DNA of 64,000 bases from Minisyncoccota bacterium (GCA_041666305.1 JBAYHD010000001.1:18149-82148); one strand, 5' to 3'. Shown: positions 37,967 through 47,730, counted from the stretch's first letter. Notes: generated by a model from the sequence alone, not told the origin. Numbers and translations are program-made.

Positions 37967-38009
37967 CCTGCCCCGTAGCCAAGCATTCCGATGCTTGTGG
38001 TACTGGGGT
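37967..38009. repeat. imperfect long hairpin element CCTGCCCCGTAGCCAAGCATTCCGATGCTTGTGGTACTGGGGT in the tuf 5' region; second copy (with a 72-bp internal insertion) at 61621..61738
   Basis: Direct sequence comparison. Contains AAGCAT-TCCG-ATGCTT inner hairpin. Confidence 0.6.
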
Positions 38010-38183
38010 GAGTCGGAACAAACTCCAAAGCTTGCCGACTCACAAAAGCAGACAAGCCAAAGAGCGACGCCAAGATGCGTTAGGTGAAAGATAGCACAAA
38101 TGCCAGAGAAAGGTCAAGAAATCATTAGGGAAAACAAAAACGGGAGACAGAGTCTCCCGTGGTGGTGCGGCGCCGGTATCGAC

Positions 38184-38417
38184 TTACGCTTTCTTCTCGG
38201 CTTTCTTCTCTTTGGCCTTCTTTGCCTTGTTTTTCTTGACCTTGGCTTTGGCGGTCTTAGCTTTGGCAGCCGGTTTGGCGGCATCGGGCTTGGCCTTGGT
38301 GTCGGCAGCGGCGAGCATCGTCTGGCCGGACTGGTTGGTCGGCGAGGCAGCAATGGCCGGCAGCGCGAGAGCGAAACACGCAATCATCGAACAGAACAAA
38401 AGGGCTATCTTTTTCAC
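38184..38417 (-). CDS. small secreted Lys/Ala-rich protein (hypothetical)
   Basis: 77 aa, GTG start with strong SD (gaaggagg). Signal peptide MKKIALLFCSMIACFALALPAIAA, then KAKPDAAKPAAKAKTAKAKVKKNKAKKAKEKKAEKKA. Confidence 0.5.
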   Translation of the reverse strand: MKKIALLFCSMIACFALALPAIAASPTNQSGQTMLAAADTKAKPDAAKPAAKAKTAKAKVKKNKAKKAKEKKAEKKA

Positions 38418-38496
38418 CTGAACCTCCTTCGGAAACCCAAGGATATGGGTGCTTCTGACACTACTCCCCTTTTATGTATTGTAAAGAACCCAACGT

Positions 38497-38565
38497 GCAC
38501 AACAGCCGCCCTCCGGGCGGCTGTTGTGCCGAAAGTTAGGACACCCGGTGTCCTAACTTTTTACT
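38497..38565. terminator. two tandem perfect hairpins (gcacaacagccgccc-tcc-gggcggctgttgtgc; aagttaggacac-ccgg-gtgtcctaactt+tttt)
   Basis: Inverted repeats read directly. The second has a + strand T-tract. Confidence 0.45.
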
Positions 38566-38602
38566 TGCGAGATGCGATGATGTCGGCGGCAACGTTGTTC
38601 GG

Positions 38603-38750
38603 TGGTGTGCAACACCAGGTGTTGAACAAAATTATTTGCGGGATGCGATGATGTCGGCCGCGACGTTGGTGGGGACCACGTCGTAGTGATTGAACTCCAT
38701 CGTCATACTGCCGCGGCCTTCGGTCATGGAGCGAAGCGTGGTGGCGTAGA
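38603..38750 (-). repeat. degenerate duplicate (~80% identity) of the fusA 3' end plus its terminator hairpin (original 39200..39350); includes an in-frame remnant of the last ~39 codons and stop; an additional nested partial copy at 38567..38602
   Basis: Direct alignment: ...gtgtgcaacaccaggtgttgaacaaaattatttgcggg(a/a)(t/g)gcgatgatgtc... occurs at both loci. Confidence 0.8.
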
Positions 38751-38785
38751 AAGTCCGCTTTCTTGACGTGATATTATAAAGTTCA

Positions 38786-39145
38786 ATGAATATCCTCATC
38801 GCAGTTCTCGGACTGTTTGCAATCGATTACTATGGGTTGCGTTCATATTTGAGTCAGCGTGGCAAACCTACGGAAGGTTTAACAAAAAATATCTTACTAG
38901 CCTATAAAGACACCGCCGCCTGCGGGATTGCAGTTTTGCTTATCTCACTACCATTCTTCCTCGTTGATACTGGTGCCCCACGACCCTATGCCGAGCTGCT
39001 TTCGATGGCTCTTTGGGGTGCGGGATTCGTCCTACCTCTACCCTTCTTCATAAAAAAGAGAGTTAATATTCCTTGGTTGACTGCGATTGGTTTTATCTTT
39101 GGTCCATTGGTTTTTATTTTGCCTGCACTGTACGCAACCTTTTAA
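38786..39145 (+). CDS. small 3-4-TM membrane protein (hypothetical), convergent cargo between fusA and its duplicated 3' end
   Basis: 119 aa. [26 protein letters not shown]...[37 protein letters not shown]. Confidence 0.45.
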   Translation: MNILIAVLGLFAIDYYGLRSYLSQRGKPTEGLTKNILLAYKDTAACGIAVLLISLPFFLVDTGAPRPYAELLSMALWGAGFVLPLPFFIKKRVNIPWLTAIGFIFGPLVFILPALYATF

Positions 39146-39229
39146 ACAACTGCAGCAAACTCAAACGGAAAGCGGCCGCCCTCTCGGGTGGCCGTTGTAC
39201 TGGTGTGCAACACCAGGTGTTGAACAAAA

Positions 39230-41377
39230 TTATTTGCGGGAGGCGATGATGTCCGCGGCCACATTAGTAGGAACTACATCGTAGTGGTCAAACTCCATCG
39301 TCATCGAGCCGCGGCCTTCGGTCATGGAGCGGAGAGTGGTGGTGTAGCCGAACATTTCGGAAAGCGGAACTTTCGCCTTCACGACTTTGTTGAGACCTCG
39401 TTCTTCCATTCCCTCGATTTGTCCGCGTTTGCCGGAGAGATTACCCGTGATGTCGCCCATGAATTGGTCCGGAATAATGACTTCCACTCGCATAATCGGC
39501 TCAAGGATGACGGCCTTTGCTTTGCTTGCCGCTTCTTGAAATGCCATGGATGCCGCGATTTTGAAAGCGATTTCTGAGGAGTCCACATCGTGGTATGAGC
39601 CGTCGTAAAGGTCGACTGAGATATCCACCATCGGGAAGCCGGCGAGGAAGCCTCGCGCCATGGCCTCGCGGAGACCTTTCTCGATTGGCGAGATGAATTC
39701 CTGAGGAATGACGCCGCCTTTGATGTTATTGATGAATTCGAAATGGTCTTCGCGCGTAATATTTTTCGCGACCTTCTTCTCCGAATCTACCGGTTCCATC
39801 TTCTTCATCTTGATCTTCACATGACCGTACTGGCCGCGGCCGCCGGTCTGCTTGATGTACTTCCCTTCCGCTTCCGAAGAACCCATAATCGTTTCGCGAT
39901 ATGCCACCTGCGGCTTTCCCACATCCGCAACGACGTTGAACTCGCGCTTCATGCGGTCCACGAGGATTTCGAGGTGCAATTCGCCCATGCCGGAAATAAT
40001 CGTTTCATTCGTCTCTTCGTCGGTCTTGATGCGGAACGTCGGGTCTTCGTCGGAAAGTTTGCGGAGCGCAATGCCCATTTTCTCCTGGTCGGCTTTGGTC
40101 TTGGGCTCGATGCGGAGCGACACCACCGGTTCAGGGAATTTAATTTCCTCGAGCACGATAGGATTTGCCTCATCACAGAGCGTGTGCGAAGTTTTCGTAT
40201 CTTTGAGACCCACTGCGGCCGCGATTTCTCCGGTAAACACCTGTGCGACTTCTTCGCGCTTGTCGGCTTGCAAGCGAACGATGCGGCCGACGCGTTCCTT
40301 GGAACCCGTCGTTGAGTTGTATACATACGAGCCGGCGGTGAGTGTGCCTGAATACACACGGAAGAAAGTCAGCGCGCCGACAAACGGATCGGTCTGGAGT
40401 TTGAATGCCATCGCGCAAAACGGTTCATCATCTGACGCATGACGCTCAACCGGTTCATTCGTCTTCGGGTTTATGCCGGTGACGGGCTTGAGGTCCAAGG
40501 GCGACGGGAGATAATCCACGACCGCATCAAGTACGAGCTGTGCGCCTTTATTCTTAAGGGCAGAACCGGTGTACACCGGGAACACTTCGTTCGCGATGAC
40601 CGCCTTGCGCAAAATCGCCTTCAACTCATCGATGTTCGGCTCTTTGCCTTCGAGATACGCACCCATCGCCGCATCGTCTTGCTCCACAATGCGCTCAATG
40701 AGTTCGGCGCGGTACTTCTTCGCGTCTTCAAGGAGATTCGCGGGAATCTCGCCCTCTACCACCTCTTCGCCCATGTTGCCGGTAAAGGTGTATGCCTTCA
40801 TCGTGAGCAGATCCACGCAACCTTCATGCTGTGCCTCTTCTCCGATAGGAATTTGCATGCGAATGGCCTTCGGCGAGAGCCGGTCCAAAATGCTTGCATA
40901 GGAACGCTCAAATGACGCTCCTATGCGATCCAATTTATTGATGAAGCAAACACGCGGCACCGCGGCTTCGTCGGCATAACGCCAGTTTGTTTCGGACTGC
41001 GGTTCCACGCCGGCCACGCCGTCAAAGACGACAACCGCACCGTCGAGCACGCGCATGGAGCGCTTCACTTCTGCCGTGAAGTCGATGTGTCCGGGGGTGT
41101 CGATGATATTGAAACGATATTTCTTGGAGATATCCTTCTTGTCTTTCTCAATCGTTTTTGTCCAGAAGCAGGTAATGGCGGCGGCGGTGATGGTGATGCC
41201 GCGCTCGCGCTCTTGTTCCATCCAGTCGGTGGTCGTTTCTCCTTCGTGCACTTCACCGATCTTGTGTTGGGAACCTGTATAGAAAAGGATGCGCTCGCTG
41301 ACAGTGGTCTTGCCGGCGTCAATGTGCGCAATGATGCCGAAGTTCCTGACCTTCTCGAGTGGATAGTCTCTGTTCAT
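39230..41377 (-). CDS. fusA: elongation factor G
   Basis: 715 aa. NFGIIAHIDAGKTTVSERILFYTG... Confidence 0.97.
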   Translation of the reverse strand: MNRDYPLEKVRNFGIIAHIDAGKTTVSERILFYTGSQHKIGEVHEGETTTDWMEQERERGITITAAAITCFWTKTIEKDKKDISKKYRFNIIDTPGHIDFTAEVKRSMRVLDGAVVVFDGVAGVEPQSETNWRYADEAAVPRVCFINKLDRIGASFERSYASILDRLSPKAIRMQIPIGEEAQHEGCVDLLTMKAYTFTGNMGEEVVEGEIPANLLEDAKKYRAELIERIVEQDDAAMGAYLEGKEPNIDELKAILRKAVIANEVFPVYTGSALKNKGAQLVLDAVVDYLPSPLDLKPVTGINPKTNEPVERHASDDEPFCAMAFKLQTDPFVGALTFFRVYSGTLTAGSYVYNSTTGSKERVGRIVRLQADKREEVAQVFTGEIAAAVGLKDTKTSHTLCDEANPIVLEEIKFPEPVVSLRIEPKTKADQEKMGIALRKLSDEDPTFRIKTDEETNETIISGMGELHLEILVDRMKREFNVVADVGKPQVAYRETIMGSSEAEGKYIKQTGGRGQYGHVKIKMKKMEPVDSEKKVAKNITREDHFEFINNIKGGVIPQEFISPIEKGLREAMARGFLAGFPMVDISVDLYDGSYHDVDSSEIAFKIAASMAFQEAASKAKAVILEPIMRVEVIIPDQFMGDITGNLSGKRGQIEGMEERGLNKVVKAKVPLSEMFGYTTTLRSMTEGRGSMTMEFDHYDVVPTNVAADIIASRK

Positions 41378-41487
41378 ATGTTAGTAGTAAGCAGTTGCAG
41401 TGAGCAGGAGCAGTAAGTGGTAAAAAGAAAACGCGCGAGGGCGTTAAGTGAAGAATAGCTGAAATGCAGGAAAATGCAAAGAGGCAG

Positions 41488-41679
41488 CTAGCCCATTAAG
41501 AAACAAACTGCACCTACTACAAGTATAATCGGGATATAAAATACAATCTCTAACCCTCCGCCTAAACCTAAATCGTTGATAAAATAGCCACCACCTGGAA
41601 TTACAAAACCAATTAGGACGTAGAGAGAAACGATTAGCAACAGAAAAGCGCCGAATATTTTCAATCCTGACCATTTCAT
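41488..41679 (-). CDS. tiny 2-TM membrane protein (hypothetical) between rpsG and fusA
   Basis: 63 aa, MKWSGLKIFGAFLLLIVSLYVLIGFVIPGGGYFINDLGLGGGLEIVFYIPIILVVGAVCFLMG. Confidence 0.35.
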   Translation of the reverse strand: MKWSGLKIFGAFLLLIVSLYVLIGFVIPGGGYFINDLGLGGGLEIVFYIPIILVVGAVCFLMG

Positions 41680-41711
41680 ATACGTAATGCTAGCACACAG
41701 CTAGCGAAGAA

Positions 41712-42176
41712 CTACCACGCGAAGTGGGCGAAGGCCTTGTTGGCGTCGGCCATGCGATGCATCTCGTCCTTCTTTTTAATCGCGTCGCCCTCATTCTTTG
41801 AGGCGAGGAGGAGTTCGGCGGCGAGTTTCTCCGCCATCGGCTTTCCTTTCTTGTTGCGTGCGGCGTTAATGAGCCAGCGGAACGAGAGCGCGAGGCGGCG
41901 GTTCTGTGGAACTTCGCGAGGCACCTGATAGTTGGCACCGCCGACACGGCGAGAACGGACTTCCATCAAAGGCGACACGTTGCGGAGCGCGGATTCAAAT
42001 GTCTCCAGAGGATTTGCGCCTCCCTTCTCAATCTCAGCGAGAGCATCGTACACCACGGCGCGTGCGGTATCTTTCTTGCCGCTCCACATCACTGCATTGA
42101 TAAAACGCGTCAAAGTTTCCGAACCGTATTTGAGGTCGGGACGCCATTCGCGCTTCTTTTTAAGAGGTCGGCGCAT
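41712..42176 (-). CDS. rpsG: 30S ribosomal protein S7
   Basis: 154 aa. MRRPLKKKREWRPDLKYGSETLTRFINAVMWSGKKDTARAVVYDALAEI. Confidence 0.93.
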   Translation of the reverse strand: MRRPLKKKREWRPDLKYGSETLTRFINAVMWSGKKDTARAVVYDALAEIEKGGANPLETFESALRNVSPLMEVRSRRVGGANYQVPREVPQNRRLALSFRWLINAARNKKGKPMAEKLAAELLLASKNEGDAIKKKDEMHRMADANKAFAHFAW

Positions 42177-42178
42177 AC

Positions 42179-42595
42179 TTATTTAGCGGCAGACGGACGC
42201 TTCGCGCCGTAGCGAGAGCGCGCGGAGCGGCGCTTCTCCAATCCGCTCGTGTCGAGCTTGCCGCGTACTATCGTGTATTGCACGCCGATGTCCTTCACGC
42301 GGCCGCCGCGGAGCATCACCACCGAGTGTTCCTGGAGGTTGTGGCCTTCGCCCGGGATGTAGGCGGTGACTTCCATGCCGTTGGTGAGGCGGACGCGGGC
42401 GATCTTACGGATGGCGGAGTTCGGTTTGCGAGGGGTCTTCGTAGTCACCTTAGTGCAGACGCCGCGCTTGAAAGGCGACGGATAGAAGGTCGGACGATTT
42501 TTGAGCGCATTAAAACCGCGTGCCAGTGCCGGCACTTTTGATTTCGACGCTCTCGTCTTGCGTCCCTTCTTGGACAGCTGATTGATGGTGGACAT
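42179..42595 (-). CDS. rpsL: 30S ribosomal protein S12
   Basis: 138 aa. [36 protein letters not shown]...[10 protein letters not shown]. Confidence 0.95.
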   Translation of the reverse strand: MSTINQLSKKGRKTRASKSKVPALARGFNALKNRPTFYPSPFKRGVCTKVTTKTPRKPNSAIRKIARVRLTNGMEVTAYIPGEGHNLQEHSVVMLRGGRVKDIGVQYTIVRGKLDTSGLEKRRSARSRYGAKRPSAAK

Positions 42596-42603
42596 TTAGT
42601 TAG

Positions 42604-42660
42604 AAAACCCGCGAACTGCGGGATAGGGACACTATATATAAGAGTGCGCTGGAATGCAAC
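42604..42660 (-). promoter_or_regulatory. putative promoter (TTGCAT-N15-TATATA on minus strand) and 5'-leader hairpin CUAUCCCGCAGUUCGCGGGUUUU 8 nt upstream of the rpsL start
   Basis: Same hairpin motif as upstream of rpsS (31145..31166). Confidence 0.35.
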
Positions 42661-42695
42661 TAGTATGATATATCATACCAGTTGCTGACGACGCA

Positions 42696-43742
42696 TTACT
42701 CAATCGGCTCGCGATAGGGGTCGGCGGAGTATGGCTTCACCGGAGCTTGAGGAACTTTTGGCGCGGAAGGAGCCGGTCGGGATGGAGGAATGATGTCCGG
42801 CGGAGGCATCGCGCCCGGAAGATTTCGCGGTGGAGGCAGCACCGTTCGCAATGCTTGCTGTAACGGAGTTTCTGCGGAAGAACTCGGCGTTTTGTTCTTA
42901 TTCAGCTCGATATGCGGTTCCTCATGATCTTCAAGCAATTTGCTGCCGTCCATCGGTTTCGAAAATGACTGCGCATTCGGTCGCAAATTGGCTCCGACCG
43001 CACTTGGAAGCACTACTTTGGGCGGAAGCGGGGCAATGTTGGAAACCGGCGGACGTGGCGGCACCGGTATTTGTTGCACAGGCTTCGGTTCTGTATGTAA
43101 CACATTAACGGAGCCCGGTTGCGCTCCGACCGGCGGCTGCGCCGGAATCGGTTTGATTGGTTGTTGCGACAATGCCGGAACCGGTGCATTCAAAGCCGAC
43201 GCCGCAACGGGCACTTGTGCAGACGGTCGTGGAGGAATGGGGCGCACCGCGGCACTTTCTGCAGATCGCGGAGATGGCGGCAATTTATTTTCCAAATGAA
43301 AATGGCTTGTGGACTGTCCCGCGCCGGCTGCCGGCGCGGGTATCGGTGCAACAACCGGCTGGCGGGCAGGCGCGGCTGGCGGGATCTGTGGCGGTTTCTT
43401 TCCGAGCGCTTCCACGCCTTTCCGCATTTCCTCCCGCAAGGGCGAAAAAACCTGCGCATTCACATCTTGCACGATACTGCTGACCGTTTGCTGATTGAGA
43501 TTCGCTTCGGTAACAAGCGCTTGATTGAATTCTTCAGGATTTTCGATGCCCATCAAGAGCAACATTATTTCTCGTTCGAGGACTCCTCCTTGGTCAACAC
43601 GAAGACCATATTTAGCCGTCAAACTTTGAGCAACTGCCGTGTACTTACCTTGCGCGAGATAACTCCGCACCGGCGGCGGCAAAATTTGCATCACTTGCTT
43701 GATGCTCTGTTCGAGTGTCGGTTCCGGTTTTGTTTGGTCCAT
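42696..43742 (-). CDS. proline-rich hypothetical protein (structured ~100-aa N-domain plus long Pro/Ala/Gln low-complexity tail)
   Basis: 348 aa. MDQTKPEPTLEQSIKQVMQILPPPVRSYLAQGKYTAVAQSLTAKYGL..., then PQIPPAAPARQPVVAPIPAPAAG... Last gene of a 4-gene minus-strand operon. Confidence 0.45.
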   Translation of the reverse strand: MDQTKPEPTLEQSIKQVMQILPPPVRSYLAQGKYTAVAQSLTAKYGLRVDQGGVLEREIMLLLMGIENPEEFNQALVTEANLNQQTVSSIVQDVNAQVFSPLREEMRKGVEALGKKPPQIPPAAPARQPVVAPIPAPAAGAGQSTSHFHLENKLPPSPRSAESAAVRPIPPRPSAQVPVAASALNAPVPALSQQPIKPIPAQPPVGAQPGSVNVLHTEPKPVQQIPVPPRPPVSNIAPLPPKVVLPSAVGANLRPNAQSFSKPMDGSKLLEDHEEPHIELNKNKTPSSSAETPLQQALRTVLPPPRNLPGAMPPPDIIPPSRPAPSAPKVPQAPVKPYSADPYREPIE

Positions 43743-43751
43743 ATGATCTCT

Positions 43752-45947
43752 CTATTGCTTCTCTGCTTCAGGTTTTGTTTCTGGTTTCGGTGCCTCTTCT
43801 GGCGGTTTTTCTTCTTCTTTTGCTAGATTTTTCATCAAATCAACCAATTTGTCCTTAGTCGGTTTTTCCTTCAAGGAACTTTTAATCTTTCGTGCTGCTG
43901 CTGCAGTATCCGGACCATATGCGACAAAGGTAATTGGGTTGAACGGATGATCAATGCCTTCGGCATATGCGATTTTACTTGCCTCTATATCCTTTTTCAT
44001 TCTTGTTTCTGCCGCTGCCTTTGCGTTCTTCTCTGCTTCTCCAAGATTCTTGACGATATCATCCAATTTACCGAGAGCGTCTTTCAAGTCCGTTTGCTTC
44101 TTGGTACTCGCATCAAGAGCACTGCGCGCGGCCGCAAGCCGAGCGTCTCTGTCAGGAGTCATAATCTTTTCTTCCTCAATCCGCTTAAGCTCTGCTTGGC
44201 GGTCTTTCACCTCCTGAATTGCCGCTTCATGTTCTTTTCTTGTAACATCTCGTCCGGACACCGCTCTGTCGTACGTAGCCTTCGCCTCCTTGGCCTTCTT
44301 CTTATCCTCTTCGGTGCCTCCTTTAAAGGCTTCCTTGTGCGCTTCTTCAATTCTCTTCGCCTCTTCCTCGTGCGCCTTGATATTCTGTTTGCGCGCTTCT
44401 GTAAAACCGCCCTTCTGTGCCTCTCCAAGAGCAATAGTTGAAGCAAATGGAACATTCTTCAAAGCTCCGCTTGCACGCAAATCGAAACTTCCTGTTGCGA
44501 CGCGATCGAGAGTTCCTGAGAGCGCGCGTCCAGTCATTGCATTTATTTTGTTAAACGTCGCGCTCTGTCGCAATCCTCGCGAGGCAAAGTACGCGCCTCG
44601 TCCGACCGTTCTATTCACTCCCCATGCGGTGACGCCGAATGTAAGTTTCCCTGCAGTTTTCGTCGCCCAATCACCGCCGAAGGCGGACCATCGTTTCGCA
44701 TACACCGTGACAGCGAGCAGAAGTCCCATCGCAACGAGGAACGAAAGCAGTATGCCCGCGAAACCGGGAAGATTGGCGTTGTTCACGAATCCTGTCCACC
44801 ATCCTCCGCTGACAGTATTTGCGCTATTCAAACCAAAACCGGTGAGGAATTGCACATCGGTGATGACCGCGAGCGCGATGTAGAGCATCAGAAGCAAAAT
44901 GGGCGCGGTAATGGTTTGGTGAAAGAGCGTCGTCCAATAATCTTTTGCCCGCGCGGCAAATCCAGGTATCGCCAAGCCCGCGAAACCGATGGGCGCGACA
45001 ATAATTAGAAAAACGAGCGCCACAAAACGCGCAATAAGCACGAACGCAAGCGAAAACATCACGAACGCCGTGACAATGAAAAGAATGATGCCCATGAAAC
45101 CGATAAGCCACGGGTTGCCGCCTTGAAATATTTGTGAATTCGCGACGCCATTACCGTAGATGGTCGGGAGCCCCAATTTGGACATGATCGCGTTTGAGAT
45201 GCCTTCATTTGCGGTAGTGAGCGTGGCACCCGACGCGGTAGTTAACAAGCCGGACGCTGATTGCGTCGGCAGGGTACCGCCGACGATTTGCTTATAAAAT
45301 TGTGTCGCGAAGAGATTGCCGGTATCGATGATGGCTTCGGATATGAAAAGAGAGAAATTGAGGAAGACGGCGGCAACGAGCATCATCGGAAGCATTTTTT
45401 TACCGCCGCCATACCAATCCACGTTCAAAATGGTCGTGATGCCGACCGCGAGAAAACCGAATATGAGCATGATGTTGCCGATGTCGCGCAAGATGCGCCA
45501 CGTGACGCCTATAGCGGAGAGATGGTTCACATAATTCCCCATCGTGACGACGGTGTAGTACGCCGCGTAATTGAGCGTGAGCGCGGCGACGCCCAGGAGC
45601 CACGCAAAAAGCTCCATGATCTTTATCATGATGAAGTTGTAGGGCGAGCTGGGGCTCGTATCACCTTTGTAGGTGGACGGCGTTTTGGCGGTTGCCGGAT
45701 CCGTTGGTGAAGCCGCAACCGCGCCGTTCGGAACACAGAGTCCTGCGGCATTCAGTGTCCCGGGATTGCCGTCGGCATCACAAGAAACTCCCGTCGAAGC
45801 GTTATTGGGAACGCATAGCCCGCTCGCTTGTATCGTTCCTGCATTTCCATCAGCGTCGCAAGGATCACCGACTGCGGCTTGTGCAGCACCCGCCGCGCCC
45901 ACAACGAGCGCGAGTAGTATAAGCAAAGATAAGGAAAAGCGTTTCAT
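43752..45947 (-). CDS. large polytopic membrane protein, VirB6/TrbL-like (tentative): signal peptide, Cys-containing CDADGN(A/P)GT repeats, ~8 TM core, long Lys/Glu-rich coiled-coil C-terminal tail
   Basis: Start MKRFSLSLLILLALVVGAAGAAQA at 45947, 5 nt after the upstream stop. Repeats GDPCDADGNAGTIQASGLCVPN / SCDADGNPGTLNAAGLCVPN. TM core ...FVALVFLIIVAPIGFAGLAIPGF. C-terminal EEAKRIEEAHKEAFKGGTEEDKKKAKEAK... Confidence 0.35.
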   Translation of the reverse strand: MKRFSLSLLILLALVVGAAGAAQAAVGDPCDADGNAGTIQASGLCVPNNASTGVSCDADGNPGTLNAAGLCVPNGAVAASPTDPATAKTPSTYKGDTSPSSPYNFIMIKIMELFAWLLGVAALTLNYAAYYTVVTMGNYVNHLSAIGVTWRILRDIGNIMLIFGFLAVGITTILNVDWYGGGKKMLPMMLVAAVFLNFSLFISEAIIDTGNLFATQFYKQIVGGTLPTQSASGLLTTASGATLTTANEGISNAIMSKLGLPTIYGNGVANSQIFQGGNPWLIGFMGIILFIVTAFVMFSLAFVLIARFVALVFLIIVAPIGFAGLAIPGFAARAKDYWTTLFHQTITAPILLLMLYIALAVITDVQFLTGFGLNSANTVSGGWWTGFVNNANLPGFAGILLSFLVAMGLLLAVTVYAKRWSAFGGDWATKTAGKLTFGVTAWGVNRTVGRGAYFASRGLRQSATFNKINAMTGRALSGTLDRVATGSFDLRASGALKNVPFASTIALGEAQKGGFTEARKQNIKAHEEEAKRIEEAHKEAFKGGTEEDKKKAKEAKATYDRAVSGRDVTRKEHEAAIQEVKDRQAELKRIEEEKIMTPDRDARLAAARSALDASTKKQTDLKDALGKLDDIVKNLGEAEKNAKAAAETRMKKDIEASKIAYAEGIDHPFNPITFVAYGPDTAAAARKIKSSLKEKPTKDKLVDLMKNLAKEEEKPPEEAPKPETKPEAEKQ

Positions 45948-45951
45948 ACCG

Positions 45952-47730
45952 TTAGCCGCCGGATGAATAGGTCGTGTCATACGTCACATACAAGGATGAG
46001 TTCGGATTGCAGACCGTGGTCTTGAGCGCCTCTGCATTGGTTTTGATGAGATTCATTCGGTCAACGATCGAGCTCCCTGCAACGGTGAGCGAACCGTCCG
46101 GGGTCGCCCTTGCTCCACCGAATGCTTGTGCATTTTCTTGTATCGTCGCAACATCGGCCGCCGTAGGAGGCATCGCTGAAAGCGTTTGCGTGTCGGCAGT
46201 GAGCGCATCTGTGGCGGCGGTGTTTACCGTGGTGAGAGAAGTTAACGCAAGCGCTTCCGACTCCACTTTGAGAGCGAACGCTTGTGTGGCGGAAACAGAA
46301 CCGGGTGCTGCCAATGCTTGTATGAGCACGGGATCTATCAAAGTTGTGATCGCTTCATGCGCAGCCACGGCTTGCGCGCGACTCGCGTCAATGAAGACGG
46401 AATGGGTGCTGGCGATGGCCGCTGGCGATGGAGTTATGAAGACCGCACCTTCGGCTGTGTTCCCGGAGTTTATGAGCGCTTCCGCGGCAGTGTCGGCGGC
46501 AGCGACGCAGAACGTCGCCAAACCGGCGGCAGTCGTGGAAGCCGTATCCGCTGCTATAGCGATGGTATTCCACGCATCGACATAGGAAGTAACCTGTGCG
46601 GCCTTTGATTGCGCGATGGATGCGGCGGATGCGGACGCAGACGCATTATCCGCTGCGTAGTTCTGCAATTGCGTTGTAATCGGAGCGGCTCCGCTACTTG
46701 ACGATTGCGACACGCCGAAAAGTCCCGTGCCACCAAGAACGTTCCTGATAAGAGTGGTCACGATTGCACCGAGCGCAGCGTCAAGATCTTGAGCATTCAC
46801 AAGCTGGTCGATGCCCGAACCAAGCGTCTTCTGCGTGTATCCGAGAATGACTGAACCGGGAGTCTGAACTTTACCTGGCGTGTTGTCTTTATTGATACAG
46901 GAAACTCCAGGACTAACACCTGCGGCACCCGATGAAGAGGTCGTGTTGTCGACGCCGCACCACGAGAGGAACCCTCCCGATTGCATCAAATCTTGCCGCC
47001 GGTTGGTCTGGGCTTGATTCACCTGACTGCCTAGCTGGCTCTGCGCTACTTGATACAACGTGTAAGGATTGTTCTGGTCCTGAGTCGTCAGCGCGAACCA
47101 CGCGGGGATACCACCCCCTTGCACCCAATTGCCGGTGAGAAAAGCCGTTTGATTCGGCGACGACTTCGCGAGTGTGGACTGATTTGCGGCAAAGAAGCCC
47201 GCCATGCTCGTCTGCTGGGAATAATTTTTCATCAGTGAGGAAGCGATAGCCGGCCCGAAAGGAGAATTGAAGCCGGCGGTGATCTGATTGATGAAAGGAA
47301 TAGCAACCGCATTGCCGACGCTCTGCAAATGCAGTCCGAGATTCAGCACGAATGAGGGCTGGCCGGTCCCGTTCCCGCCATTGATCCAATTTATGGTGCT
47401 TGCGGTGATCTGTTGCAGGATCATGCGCGCGAGCGCGCGAGCGAGCGGCATGATGATGCTGGTAGTAATGCAGTCGGTCGCATTCGAACTCGCGGAGACC
47501 GAGGTGTTGGATTGCATCAACAGGTTGGTCACGGGAACTCCCGCAAGCGCGGTGACCGTGGAGGTGAGAGCGGTGCTGCCAATGCCGAGAAGACCGCCGA
47601 CGCAACTCACCGCACCAAAGATGCCTCCTGCGGCACGTGCCTTTTGCGGTGCGGCAAAAAATGCGACAGGCACTATCAGTATGGTGATGAGTACTGTCGC
47701 AAGTGCACCAGCAAAAGGGTTTCTACTCAT
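45952..47730 (-). CDS. large secreted Ala/Ser/Thr/Gly-rich protein (hypothetical; surface/adhesin-like)
   Basis: 592 aa with N-terminal signal/anchor and low-complexity polar composition. Stop 5 nt before the VirB6-like start. Confidence 0.4.
   Translation of the reverse strand: MSRNPFAGALATVLITILIVPVAFFAAPQKARAAGGIFGAVSCVGGLLGIGSTALTSTVTALAGVPVTNLLMQSNTSVSASSNATDCITTSIIMPLARALARMILQQITASTINWINGGNGTGQPSFVLNLGLHLQSVGNAVAIPFINQITAGFNSPFGPAIASSLMKNYSQQTSMAGFFAANQSTLAKSSPNQTAFLTGNWVQGGGIPAWFALTTQDQNNPYTLYQVAQSQLGSQVNQAQTNRRQDLMQSGGFLSWCGVDNTTSSSGAAGVSPGVSCINKDNTPGKVQTPGSVILGYTQKTLGSGIDQLVNAQDLDAALGAIVTTLIRNVLGGTGLFGVSQSSSSGAAPITTQLQNYAADNASASASAASIAQSKAAQVTSYVDAWNTIAIAADTASTTAAGLATFCVAAADTAAEALINSGNTAEGAVFITPSPAAIASTHSVFIDASRAQAVAAHEAITTLIDPVLIQALAAPGSVSATQAFALKVESEALALTSLTTVNTAATDALTADTQTLSAMPPTAADVATIQENAQAFGGARATPDGSLTVAGSSIVDRMNLIKTNAEALKTTVCNPNSSLYVTYDTTYSSGG

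Noticed and set aside
38100-38651. 183-aa plus-strand ORF spanning the Lys-rich secreted protein gene antisense
   Set aside because: It is the antisense frame of a low-complexity gene and runs through tandem terminator hairpins and the fusA-fragment duplicate. It has no SD and no motif.
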